The notes under the pieces were generated by a model. That model was not told where the DNA came from, ran no database searches, and worked only from the letters and a program-made list of their open reading frames with translations. A stretch of DNA of 64,000 nt, taken from Hydrolagus colliei (Eukaryota). Shown piece by piece: positions 11,501 through 23,100 of this stretch. The stretch spans positions 154,566,001 through 154,630,000 of the forward strand of contig CM068742.1 of assembly GCA_035084275.1 (NCBI GenBank), in the 5' to 3' direction. A program made the translations under genes and the position numbers. Positions within the stretch are counted from its first letter, which is position 1. The number at the start of each line of letters is the position of its first letter.

Positions 11501-12485
11501 TCAAATGTGAAATACATAATAAATTAGTGTTGCTGTTGTTATTAAATCAAATGGAATAATATCCAGCCCCTCGGGCCTGGCATGTGGTTCCAATTCCCAG
11601 TTCACTGTTCATTCCTTGAACACTTTGTCCCAGCTTTGGGGACTGGGCTTCAGACATTAAAGCCATATCTCTGGACTTCCACATACACAGCACATACACA
11701 CTCCATTTGATAACTAGTGTCATATTTCCTTTGTGAAGCCGATTTCCAATTGCTAATTATTTACCAACATTGTCTGTCTTTCCTTCAGACGTGTAAGGAA
11801 ATTCTACCATCAGAACCGTCGATGAGAGTGAGTGTTGTCTACCTTTTCTGGTTTATTGTTTATCCTGTCTCTTCTCCGCTCGCACTCTGGCTTTGGGTCA
11901 GGAGGAGGGGTATTGGAGCCTCTACGTTGGGGAATTTGAGGTCACACAGTCCAGGCTGATGCTCCAGTGCAGCAATGGGGAGAGCGCTGCATTGTCAGAA
12001 GTGCTGTCCTTTGAATACGATATTAAACTGAGATCATGTCCGTGTCTGATGAATTTGTTTTGGTCAGCCACGTGCAGAAACACATCTGTTTGTCAAGAGG
12101 ATCAACACTTGACTGAGAGTTCCTGTCACCTGTACATCTGGAATGCAATGTGCTGTTGAGAAGGGAATTTCTCTCTCCTTGTGTCCTGGCCATCATTGTT
12201 TCAAATAAAATTGGTCGCTCACTTCGTGGCTATTTGTTGGACATTTCAAACTCAAATTGGGCACCAGGTTTGTTGGTAAAATACACATTCACTACAATGG
12301 ACTGTTTTCTTTGAGATATATGGACTTTATATTAATATGAGGGTTCTAATGACTTTACCCAGGACACACAGTGTATCACAGCTCTCAGCAAGTGGAGGTA
12401 CATGTCCTGATTCCATTTTGTTTCTCTTCTAGATGTGATTTATGCTGTCGTCGCCAAATCGAAGAGGAGCTCAGCTGAGCAGTGA
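2518..12485 (+). CDS. SIGLEC15-like: Siglec-15-like receptor A1 (leader-V-V-C2-TM-ITIM tail), multi-exon gene
   Basis: Exons with GT-AG and consistent phase: 2518-2569 (leader MMLGAVLCALVLSASAY), 3982-4371 (V1), 5207-5590 (V2), 6539-6946 (C2+stalk+TM), 7920-7950, 8640-8701, 10020-10079 (VIYSEV ITIM), 11789-11827 (in-frame TAA 11794-11796), 12433-12485 (VIYAVV ITIM, TGA). About 464 aa to the TAA, or 479 aa if exon 8 is skipped. Motifs FTHPH, GNPRRND, CRVE and CTAEGEPP match Siglec-15 as I recall it. Confidence 0.85.
2592..3200 (+). mobile_element. L2 3'-end fragment in intron 1
   Basis: YNNCSH...LLVGLP..SLHKLQ.IPN; in B2 it continues HWLPVPQRIKFKIL. Ends in a ttgttg tail. Copies at about 20207-20815, 33183-33800, 38029-38635, 51005-51625 and 56100-56695. 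Confidence 0.75.
3982..4371 (+). CDS. A1 exon 2: N-terminal V-set Ig domain with Siglec essential Arg (CRVE)
   Basis: Acceptor tcctcacag, donor gtgagg, 390 nt, phase 1-1. B-strand Cys (MYCKF), C-strand Trp and F-strand Cys-Arg are present. Confidence 0.92.
5207..5590 (+). CDS. A1 exon 3: second V-set Ig domain (no essential Arg)
   Basis: Acceptor ctgtctcag, donor gtaaga, 384 nt. Motifs LPCSF, VIW, DASLRI and DTNRYFCHV. Confidence 0.92.
6539..6946 (+). CDS. A1 exon 4: C2-set Ig domain + acidic stalk + transmembrane helix
   Basis: Acceptor tacccaaag, donor gtaggt. CTAEGEPP...TYRCVAEN, then hydrophobic VSIVVLLVLLTAFIVWWV followed by KR. Confidence 0.92.
6996..7311 (+). mobile_element. tRNA-derived SINE with (ATT)n tail in intron 4
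   Basis: gtagctcagtgg A-box, gttcaatt B-box, caaatgcaaggattattatt tail. Copies start at 24654, 42474 and 60527. Confidence 0.8.
7394..7668 (-). mobile_element. tRNA-derived SINE, opposite orientation
   Basis: Reverse complement of the same family, with an (AAT)n tail at the left and gtggctcagtggttagagcac at the right. Copy at about 25046-25386. Confidence 0.8.
8817..11156 (+). repeat. ~520-bp direct repeats (8817-9332 and 10622-11156) flanking ITIM exon 7
   Basis: Both copies consist of an L2 3' fragment, a (TTG)n tail and a near-identical non-L2 stretch ending at cgacaacaataacag. Confidence 0.85.
10020..10079 (+). CDS. A1 cytoplasmic exon 7 encoding ITIM (VIYSEV)
   Basis: Acceptor tctctgacag, donor gtaaga, 60 nt, phase 1-1. 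Reads DEAAVIYSEVTPALARQTAS. Confidence 0.85.
12433..12485 (+). CDS. A1 terminal exon encoding second ITIM (VIYAVV)
   Basis: Acceptor tctcttctag. Reads VIYAVVAKSKRSSAEQ* in phase 1 and is conserved in A2 (28327-28379) and A3 (46148-46200). Confidence 0.8.
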
Positions 12486-14289
12486 ACTCTGGCCCCTCCC
12501 AGAGTCTGCTGTCCACAGTTTATATAGGTTTGTCCTGCAGTGACTTATATTGGGCCTGGATCAGCAGCCAATACAATAACATTGTACAATGAGTCCCTGA
12601 GAGAGCACGGCTCATTACAGTCCCAGTGTGTTTGTAGTGTGGCTGTGGCTTGTGGCCTTGCTATGTGTAAACACATGTTATTGCTGCCTGTGACCTGCAA
12701 TTTACAATTGTGTTTATCTCCACTTCAGGGAAATCAAACATGAGGGGGTCAGGCCTAAAAGGAAGAAATAGTCTATTCTCTGTCAGGGAGAAACACTACC
12801 ACTTGGTGGACATTCCAGGGTTGATTATTACATTTTTTCACAGATACTTTAGATCTACCGTTCAATAATAGTAATCCTTTCTATTGATATAGACGTCTTT
12901 AAAACAGCATGCAATTGCTTGCATCATTGTCCCCAAAACAGTCATAGATTGAGTGACTAAATTAGTATTAATCATCAGTTATTATAAGGGATTATTACCC
13001 CCAGAAAAGCAATCCATCAATTGACCAACAATTCAATGCTGGGTCAACTGAGGCATGTGGAGTAAGGAAACATGCCGACGTATTGCCATTCCGGGAATCA
13101 AACCAGGTTCCTGCAGGACTACACATGCTTAGAGATTACCCGCAAAGTGTTAGACTGTAGTTTCTATATAAATGCAAATTATTGTGATTAACTCCCATTG
13201 CTGCACAGTGTGTGCTGCCTTTACACTCTGGGCCACTGGAGGCACTGCAGGATCAGTTCACAAACCAGTGGACAATCTGTCTCAATGTTTTCTAACTGAA
13301 TGACTTCTTTGATAATTTAACTTGTTTGTCTCTCTGACAAGTGGATATGTTCCTTATTCCGCAAGTTGACCCTGAATGTAGATTCGTGGCTGGGCTGGGT
13401 TTATTGCTGAAAGCGGCTGCCAAGACTGGAACAATAGAACATGTCTGGGTGTGTTGCATCTGATGGGTATATAAAGGGGAGAACTGCGAGAGCCTCAATC
13501 GAGCCTAGAGCTGGCAGAGTGAGTGCGACCCGAGTGAGGCGAGACCAGAGTGAGAAGGAATTGGATGAGAGTGAGAATTAGGTTCAAAGTTATAAAATAT
13601 AAAACAAGCCCCCACTGCCCCAGATCAGCCTTCCTCTCCCTCCGACCACCACGCCTCCTGTCCCTGCTTGACTGGCCCACAGCTTTCCTCTGCTCCTCTC
13701 TTCACATTCTCTGTCACACACACCATGGCAGACGCCGCTATCTGTCCAACAGCACCCACACTGACTGCCCCATCCCCCACTCTCATCTCAAGGTCCATCA
13801 GACCCTTCACTGGGGGCAAACTTCTCCTTCCTCAGACATATCCCCACATTCCCTTTCAATACTCCAGGAGACATGAAGGAGACCAGAGCTCTTTGAATGT
13901 AGCGAGCAGGCTTCCTCCTTGCCTCTTACAATACTCTCCTCTAGCCCTTCAATTATCTTACCATCCCTTCTTACTCTCCCTGCCCTCTACCCCTCCTGAT
14001 CCCAAGCCCCAACTCGGAGTCAAATCCCTCACTGTCCAATGCTTTAGTGCATCCTACCGACATGAAAGGCACTGTACAGATGTAATTGGTTGTTGATATA
14101 ATAATTATTCTTGCATTTGATTTAGCACCTATCATGTGAGATGTCTCAAAGCATTTCACAAATATTCACTGGAAAGTGAATTGACTTTACGATGTATTCT
14201 GTGAAGCGCTTTGACACATCAGTGTTTTCACTGTTAATATCAGAAGTTATAGCGTTTTTATTGGTACGGACAGGGAAGAGAATTCCAAT

Positions 14290-15120
14290 GAACGTTGACA
14301 GAAGTAATCTGGGAACTATCCCTCCGTTAGCCTGACCTCAACAATTTTACTTCTTAATTTTTTCACCAAAGAATGCAAGTGGCCGATTATCACTGCTTTC
14401 TTTAGATATAATAATAATATAATTGACAGTTGGCACATGTTCGGAAAAGGTACATATAGTTTGACCAAACTCATAGACAGTAGAAGCCCATTTATCCGTG
14501 ACTCGCTGAACCTGCAGTTCTGTATAACCGGCACTCCCCAAAAAAGCCCACATTCGATCAACCGGAACTTATCCGGAACAATAGCGGTGGAGCATTTGTG
14601 AGTCATTGTCACGCAGGCAGATTAGTTTGTTTTGCCGCTAGTAGAGTCTAGGTTTATTGGCTTGCTGCAAGTAAGGCTTTTCACACGCATGGCGTCTTCC
14701 ATTGCAAAAAGAATCGCTGGACTGTAAACCTCAACCACAATATCATGGCTTCAAGCGCAGCATCTACCAGTAAAGGTGAACTATGGTACAGTTTACAACA
14801 TTTACAATAAAGTACCAATACAATATCTGGTATTATTTAGTCTGGTGTGTATGGTGTGTGTTAAAAAAACTTCAATTTTATTGTGGTGGGTTTTTGGCAG
14901 CTGGCCGACCGAATATCCGGCATTGGCCAGGTCCAGCTGGTGCTGGATGAACGGACTATTGGTGTAATTTGTTTCAGGAGGTGATAGCTCAGATTAATTT
15001 TGGAAAGCTATGTGTTGTAGCAGAGCTAGATCCAGAAGACTTTCTACAAAACGCCACAAGAAACCCAACTTCACAAATGGTAGTCACTGGTTATCAAGAG
15101 AAAGACTAGGAACTGGATTC
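14290..15120 (+). mobile_element. CR1 RT fragment interrupted by a MITE
   Basis: Paralogous to 870-1255. Repeated at about 30060-30890 and 47880-48712. Confidence 0.75.
14478..14964. mobile_element. Tc1/mariner (Tigger/pogo-like) MITE
   Basis: Starts cagtagaagcccatttatccg, has a degenerate inverted end followed by TA, and is absent from the paralogous site near 1062. Copies at 30244-30728 and 48066-48550. Confidence 0.6.
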
Positions 15121-16440
15121 AACAACGACCACCACAACAACAAAATTGCACTTATATAGCGCCTTTCACGTCGGGAGGACGTCCCAAAGCACTGAACAGT
15201 CTGGTCGGAACCCAAGTGGGGTAGGGTGGGGGTTGGGGTAGGGGGAAGGGGAAGGAGAGTGGAGAGGGGGAAGAGTTCGTGGGGCAGCCGAAGGTGCGGT
15301 CGAAGAGGAAGGTCTTGATACAAGCCTTCAAGGAGGAAAGGGAGGAGGCGAGGGGGAGGGGCTGCGAGATGGAGTTCCACAGTGTGGGATCAGAGAGGCT
15401 GAAAGCCCGGCCACCGATGGTTGGGGGGATTAGGGCAGTGGATGCGGAGCAGGCCTGAGGCTGCTGAACAGAGGGGACAGGGGAGGCTGATAGGGGGATA
15501 GCAGGTCAGAGAGATAGGCGGGGGCAGGCCGCGAATAGCCTTGAAAGTGAGAACGAGGATCTTGAATTCTATCCTCTGGGGGACGGGGAGCCAGTGGAGA
15601 CGGGCGAGGGTGAGAGTGTCGTGGTCACGAAGTCTGATATGGGAGAGTACACGAGCTGCAGAATTCTGAATGATCTGCAGCCTGTGAAGGGAGGAGCTGG
15701 GGAGGCCGACGATGAGAGAGTTCCTGTAGTCAAGCCTGGAAGTGATAAAGGCATGGCTGAGAGGTTCGGGGGTGTGGGGGGTGTGGGGGGTGAGGTAGTA
15801 GGCTGTGCTGGTCATGGAGTGGATGTGAGGGAGGAAGGATATTTGGGGTTGAACAAGACGCCCAGATTCCTGATTGGCTTCGAGAGGTGGAGAGAGCAGC
15901 CTTGAACGCTGATGTTGTCAGGCCTGAGGTGTGGAGGCGCTGACGTGAGCCAATGAGTAGGACGTCTGGCTTGTTGACGTTGCGTTGTAGGAAATTTGCC
16001 CTTGTCTCGGACTCAATGTCGGACAGACATGCAAACAGACGACCAGTGGTCGTGGAATCTTGGGTTGATGCGGATGACGTTTGTGACATTGACCAGGGTA
16101 GTTTCTTTTCTGTGGGAGGCACGGAAATCCGATTGGAGGGGTTCGAGGAGTGAGTGTTGGGTGAGGAAAGAGCGGAGCTGGGAGACAACCTCTCTTTCAA
16201 GGACCTTGGTAAAGAAAGTGAGGTTGGAGATGGGCCTGCAGTTAGACAGCTGCGACGCATTGAGGCCAGGATTTTTTACGATGGGGGTGATGGTGGCGGT
16301 TTTGAAGGCAGTGGAAACAGTCCCGGATGAGTGGGACAGGTTGATAGTTTCAGTGATTAGAGGGGCTAGAAGGTGGAGCTGGGTGGTGAGGAGAGGGGTG
16401 GGGATGGGATCAAGGGAGCAGCTGGTGAGCTTCATTAAGG
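15121..16440 (-). mobile_element. L2-clade LINE, 5'-truncated (RT to 3' tail)
   Basis: Minus-strand LDPIPT...NCRPISNLTFFTKVLE and LHWLPVPQRIEFKILVLTFKA, with a (TTG)n-type tail. Confidence 0.9.
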
Positions 16441-17538
16441 GATTGGCAGAAGCAGAGACATTTGTTGAGTGAACAATGTCATAATATATACTATATGCTG
16501 TAGTGCAGTGACCACTTGCCTCACAATAACAACAAACTGACATTTGTATCGCGCCTTTCATGTCACAAGCAAGAGAGCTGGGTTCAATTCCCAGCAGGGT
16601 GAAATGTTGGCCAAGTTTCCTTACTCCACAAGCCTCTATTTAACAAGCCAGTAAGTGGGAACCTGGTTGTTAGTCGATTGGCGAATTGCTTTTCTGGGAA
16701 TAATAATTGGTTTAAAAAAATTAAAAATTAATTGACCAATTCAATCAATGATTGTTTGTGGAATACTTCTGTGCTGAATTGTCTGCTGTGCTGCCACAAA
16801 ACATAGTCAAGTCACTTTACAGTTTATTCTGTGAAGATCTTTGAGACGACAAATTGGTGATGACCTGGAGTTGCAGACCCAGTGTAAAATAGTTAAGAGA
16901 ATGGGACGGTGGAAGGGTTAGTGTTGGGAAGAACAGTACAGAGGCTCAGAACAAAGCAGATGTGGGGGCTGGAGTTCAGACAGTGACCACAGTACGAGGG
17001 GAGGATGGAAAGAGAACAGTTGTGTCAGAGATGCGAGTGGAAGTGATGAAAGGCTGATGCAAGGAGCTGTTCTCTATACCCTGGTCCCGTCAGCCTCTGC
17101 CATAATTTAAGGGTGACGTAAGCGGGGAAAGCAACAGGTGAAATTGCAATAGATTATTTCTGCTGAACAACCAACTAGATACCAGGAACATATCTAAAAA
17201 ATGACAAAAAAGGAACTCAGTGAGAGTGGGGTTACAAACCCCGTCTTTACACAGAAGTGATGCAATAGTGAAAATCTTCACAAACAACAAATAATGGCAC
17301 AATCCATCAATCTATCAGAGAGATCTGAATAGATGTTTGAAGTGGAGGTATATTCTTTATAGGGAGTGGTGGGAGGGGGAGTGACCTAACTACGAGGTCA
17401 AGTCCAAATCCTAATTGTCCAGGGCCTTGGGACATCCTCCCAACATGAAAGTGCTGTACAACGTCATGTATTTGGGATATAAAGCAGTGAGCAATTTATA
17501 GGAGAATTAAACGAATCTGGAATGGATTGCCTGAAAAG

Positions 17539-19391
17539 GTGTGAATGGCTGGACAATGGAGACCCTGATACAGTGACCGGCAGGTTAGGGTCACCAGTCA
17601 TCATGTACTGCAAGTTCACTCACCCTCACCCCAGATACACAGGCAACATCACCATCAGGTGGAAGGGAGGCTGGGCTGGTCCTGTGTATTTTAAATATAC
17701 AAACTATAGGCCAGATTCACAGGGAAAGTATCAAAATGTCATTGATGTAAACGAGGGAGATCGACACCGAGTGATTGGGAACCCGAGGAGGAACGACGCT
17801 ACAATACAGATAAACCAGCTGAGGGGAGAGGACAATAATAAGACTTTCTCCTGTTCAACTGTCAACTGTTCAAAAGTTCAACTGCCGTGTGGAGCTCCAG
17901 AGTGAGGGCAGACAGATTGAAACTGGCCCCAGATACATGTCTGTATGTTACAGGTGAGGAACGATGGGAAGTGGGAATAAGACGTGATGATCCTCACTGG
18001 TGCCGGAGTCAGTGGGAAGTATCTCGCCCAGGACGGGCAATAGGGAGCGAGTGTTCCCAGTGAAGGAAGGTGTGGAACAGGGGCTGGCAGGGACAGTGAG
18101 TGAGCGGCTGATGGGAGGGAGGGCTGTGCTGTACACTGACCTGTCACTGTGGGAATGTCTATTTGCCAAGGCTCCTCACATGTGTGTAACATGTACTGTG
18201 TCACACTGACTGCGCTTCAGTATTCCAATCCTGTTCCTGCCTCAGGTCATGAAGAGAAGGTCCCGTCAGTGACTGGTACCAAGGGAGGTGATGCCACACT
18301 GCCCTGCTCCTTCACCAGGCCCAACACACACCAGAATCCTGCCACAGTCACAGTGATTTGGAGGAGAGGGAGCCCACAAGGGCAGCCGGTTACTAATGAC
18401 ACTGTTGACCTCACCTCCCGCTCCAACCCCAGGGAGTCAGAGACAGTGAATGAAGGAAATCGCTATAACCTGGTCGGGAATGTGAGGGATGGAGACGCTT
18501 CCCTGAGGATCAGGGACCTGGAGTTAAACGACACCAACCGGTATTTCTGTAACGTACACGTCATGTTTATCCTTAACAGACAACAACAGGACCAGATGAC
18601 ACAGGACTTATGACACGGATACAGGTTTTTGGTAAGAAATCTCTTGTCACTGCGGGTCACTGAATTGGGTAAATAAACAGGTTCACTTAGTTTTAACAAC
18701 GTTAAGTTTGATTAATTCCATATTCTGCTTCTCATGTGTTAATTAGCACACAGAATATATTCGGAATGAGCAGAAACTTTAGTTAATACAGGAGACAGTG
18801 TTTCTTCCCTCTCGTCTGATGTTGACTGGCTAGTCAAAGCCTTAACAATTAGACTCACTTTTACCACCGCATTTCCTACCCTACTCTCTTCCTGATCCCA
18901 AATTCCAGCTTTGGTGGTGGTGGAAATCCTGATTTGGGAATTCCACCCCGTGTGAAAGCCACGCTACAAATGTGATTGTTTATTGTGGCTTAAAGTAGCA
19001 GGAAGCTTGCCATGGGGTGTGTACAAGATTACGGAATGACAAGATTGGTCTGGGCGATGAAAGCCCATCTGATGTGAAAAGCGCTAAACAAATGTAACTC
19101 TGTTGTTGTTGTTCATTTCGTCTTTTCAAAACACACACCTACTGTCCACGCATCGCATCATCAAGTTGCTTTGTAAATGAATCAGTGTCCTGGCCTCAAA
19201 TACCCTTCCTGGCAACCTGATCCAGTTGTGCGAGTGTGCAACAATGGGGAGAGAATGACTGGGATCAGAGTGGAGAGCTCCAGTGGGGAGTGAGCACAGA
19301 CATGATGCGGAAATATATTTGGTAACAATAACTCTGTTTCTTTATATCCAAAGCTCCGGCCTTCATCCTGACTCTGTCCCTTGTGGCTGGT
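17539..19391 (+). pseudogene. Siglec-15-like pseudogene B1 (no leader, frameshifted V1, stop in V2, truncated C2)
   Basis: V1 remnant 17539-17953 with -1, +31 and +1 indels. V2 18246-18631 with TGA 18611-18613. Only 38 nt of exon 4 remain (19354-19391). The leader was lost in a ~2.4-kb deletion relative to B2, junction near 17511. Confidence 0.85.
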
Positions 19392-20132
19392 CCACAGAAT
19401 GAGGGGAGGATGGAAATAGAAGGGTGAACAGTTGAGTTAGTGTAAGCAGGCAAGAGAGGGGACATGGTGAAGAGATGATGCTGGGAGCTGTGCTCTGTCC
19501 CTGGTCCCGTCAGCCTCTGCGGGTTTTAGTGGTGGCCTAATAGAGGATAAGAATTGGGAAAATAGGAAAATAGCAATAGATTATTTCTGCTGATCAGCCA
19601 GTTAGTTACAAGAGGAACATATCTAAAACCACGACAAAAAAGGAACCAAGGGGAGGTTAGAAACCCTGTCTTTACACAGAAGGGGTGCAATTGTCGAATT
19701 CAGTTACAAACAATAATTAAGGCAAAATCCGTCAACTCTATCAAGGGGTTTGAATAGATAATTGAAGAGGAGATACATTAAAAGGTGTGGTGGGAGGGGG
19801 AGTGGCCCAACTCCTAGCTCGCGTCAAAATCCCTAATTGTCCAGGGCCTTGGGACATCCTCCCAACATGAAAGTGCTGTAGAATGTCATGTATTTGGGAT
19901 ATAAAGCTGTGGGCAATGTAAACGAGTATTAAACTTCACCCACTGAGTGTAACATGAGGCGGGGGCAGAGTTAGTGTTCAAACATTGCAGAGGATCAGAC
20001 AAGGGTGATGTGGGGGGTGGAGCTCTGGTGGTGACAAGGGAAATGAGGGGAGGAAGGAAAGAGAGGTGTGACCAGCTGTGTCAGTGCGAGGCAGGCGTGC
20101 GAGGGGAAGGAGTGTGTCCTGAGTGAGGGAAG

Positions 20133-23100
20133 ATGATGCTGGGAGCTGTGCTCTGTGCCCTGGTCCTGTCAGCCTCTGCCTTACGTACGTACTTTCCAAT
20201 CAGTAACTATAATAACTGCTCACACGCGATTGTCACCTCAATGCTCGACTCTGGCAACTCCCTCCTTGTCGGCCTCCCCAACTGTTCCCTCCACAAGCTG
20301 CAGTTAATCCCAAACTTTGCATCTCGTATCCTCTACCCCACCAGGCTCTGCGACCCTATCACTCCGACGCTCGCTCGTATCCACTGAGAAGATCTCAGAG
20401 GATTGAATTCCAGATTCACGTAGACACGTTCAAGACTCCCCAGCCTCCTACCTCCCTGACCTGCTGATCCCCTCTCCACCTGTCTGCTCTCTCCATTCAG
20501 CAAGCTCCGGCCTTCTCCATGTATCCCGTCTGACCCGCCCTTCCAACTTTGGTGGATTTGCAGACCCTCTCTGCTCCTATGCTTCTTGGAACTCAATTGA
20601 ATAATCCCTTCACCTTGTTTCCTAACTTGCCTCGTTCAAGGCTGGTCTCAAGCCCTTCCTTTTTGACCGTCCCTTCAGCTGCTATCCTATCTCATCCCAA
20701 CCCTGGCCACCCAACCCACCTCCCCCATACTTGAGTCCTGTCTCCTGACTGTTCAGCGCCTTGGGACGTCCTCCCAACATGAAAGGCGCTCTACACATGT
20801 GGTTGTTGTGGTTGTTTACCTTTTAGTGGCATGATTACATGTGTAATGATTACAAGTGTGTGTTTGTTAACTCTGCCTCCGTTTGATTTCCCCAATCTCT
20901 CTCTGTCTTGTCTGTGTTACTTTTCGCTTGCCACTGGAGCTCTTTACTCCAAACTGATTCCCAAGTGTCAGTGCTAGTTAAACCGTATCAGTTACCCCCA
21001 AACCACATTCTGGGGTCCTCTTGCATCAGACACCTGGGTCACAACAAATGATGGTATTTTTATAGTACACCCAGATCACAACAGTGTTTTTCTTTCCACA
21101 AGCCACCCATAGTAACCCCTCTGACCTGTCACTCTCCTTCCCCCTCACTCTTAATATGCCTCCTCTTCTATCCAATTCTCTTTGATAGACTTGACGGATG
21201 TTGCATGAAATCCAGTTTGTGGCAGATAATTCGAAAATTCCACCCATTCTGTGTAAAGAGAGGAAAACCAAAGTGTTTCCTTGTTAACTCTGCTTCTACT
21301 TTACCTGTTTTAAGCTCCTCATAATTCCTTTTTTGAGATGGTATTAGCTGTGTTCTTCTTGAGACTGTCTGCCTGATCTATTTCCGGATCTGCTAAAATT
21401 TGTTGCTATTTCCCCTGTTGTGATCTGTTGTGATATCTGGTCACCCCAAACCTTCTCCGTTCTTCAGCCACCAATCTCTCAAATCTCTCTTCAGATCTGA
21501 AACCCCTCATCTCTGGGAATGTGCCAATAAACTAGCAATTTGTTTTCCATTGCTGTTATTTCGTTCTTACAGAGAATCCCAAACTGTCTCAAAATTCCAA
21601 ACCAAGCTCTTCTCCAAGCTCAGTGTTGCCTGTTTGCTTTTATATTGTGTTCTGGTTCACATTACACCATGTGTGTCCTCACAGGGCTCAGTGAGAATGG
21701 CTGGACAATGGAGATCCCTGATACAGTGACCGGCAGGTTAGGGTCACCAGTCATCATGTACTGCAAGTTCACTCACCCTCACCCCAGATACACAGGCAAC
21801 ATCACCATCATGTGGAAGGGAGGCTGGTCTGGTCCTGTGTATGTTAAATATACAAACTATAGGCCAGATTCACAGGAAAAGTATCAAAATGTCATTTATG
21901 TAAACGAGGGAGATCGATACCAAGTGATTGGGAACCCGAGGAGGAACGACGCTACAATACAGATAAACCAGCTGAGGGGAGAGGACAATAAGAAGAGGTG
22001 CAACTGTCGTGTGGAGCTCCAGGGTGAGGATGGAATGGTTGAAAGTGGCCCCGAAACAAGTCTGTATGTTACAGGTGAGGAACGATGGGAAGTGGGAATG
22101 AGACGTGATGATCCTCACTGGTGCCGGAGACAAATTGTGAGGGTAATTATGTATGGAACTCTCACTGGTTTAGATATTCTTAACAATGGTGACAGATTTC
22201 TCCATGTTTAAGGCAAATGTCTGCCCAAATACAAGAGATTTTCTCCTTGGGTCATCACCAAAAATCCTCCATGTTTATCAGTCAATCATTTCATAACCAT
22301 TGAGATCTTTGATCTGAGTAAAGTGACTGCAAAAGTGTCACTATATTTATAGTAACAAATAAAAATAATTATTCTAGTTCATATTACATCTGATTACATT
22401 TTCTTGATATACAGATCAATAGAATACTCTATGAAGTGAATTGACTGTATATTTTGTTGGCAAAATATGGTAGACAATTGCACACAGCAGTTTCCTATAG
22501 ATGCTCGTGGATTGAGTAACCAAAGCTTTGTTTAAGGGATTAATACCAAGCAAAGAAATACGCCAATCGAGGAAAACAATGGTTTCCTATGTACCCTTAG
22601 GTAAACAGACATGTGTGGACAAAGGAAAATTACCCAAAGTTTTTCCCTACCCATGAATCAAGCTCAGGTGCTCTATATTATGAGGCAAGTGTGCTAAGCT
22701 ACAAGACTGATCAGTAAGAAGGTTGTTGGCGCTATTAAAAGCCAAAGTTTAATTAGTGAGACATTGCTGCCCACAATCTCAGAGAGAGTGAGTGAGGAGC
22801 ACAGGCCTGAGGGAGATAGTGCCATGAAAAGCAGGAATATACAGGATGTGTAACATGTACTGTGTCTCACTGACTGCTCTGCACTATTCCAATCCTGTTC
22901 CTGTCTCAGGTCATGAAGAGAAGCTCCCGTCAGTGACTGGTACCAAGGGAGGTGATGCCACACTGCCCTGCTCCTTCACCAGGCCCAACACATACCAGAA
23001 TCGTGCCAGAGTCACAGTGATTTGGAGGAGAGGGAGGCCACAAGGGCAGCCAGTTTCTAATGACACTCTTGACCTCGCCGCCCGCTCCAACCCCAGGGAG

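Noticed and set aside
13440-13620. TATA-box-containing GA-rich segment resembling an LTR or LINE 5' promoter
   Set aside because: No second LTR, primer-binding site or linked ORF was seen, and TATATAAA is mutated in units 2 and 3. It could not be classified without a repeat library.
15594-16472. Plus-strand ORFs of 100-165 aa here and at 30774-31699 and 48596-49521
   Set aside because: Antisense or off-frame readings of the minus-strand L2 element.
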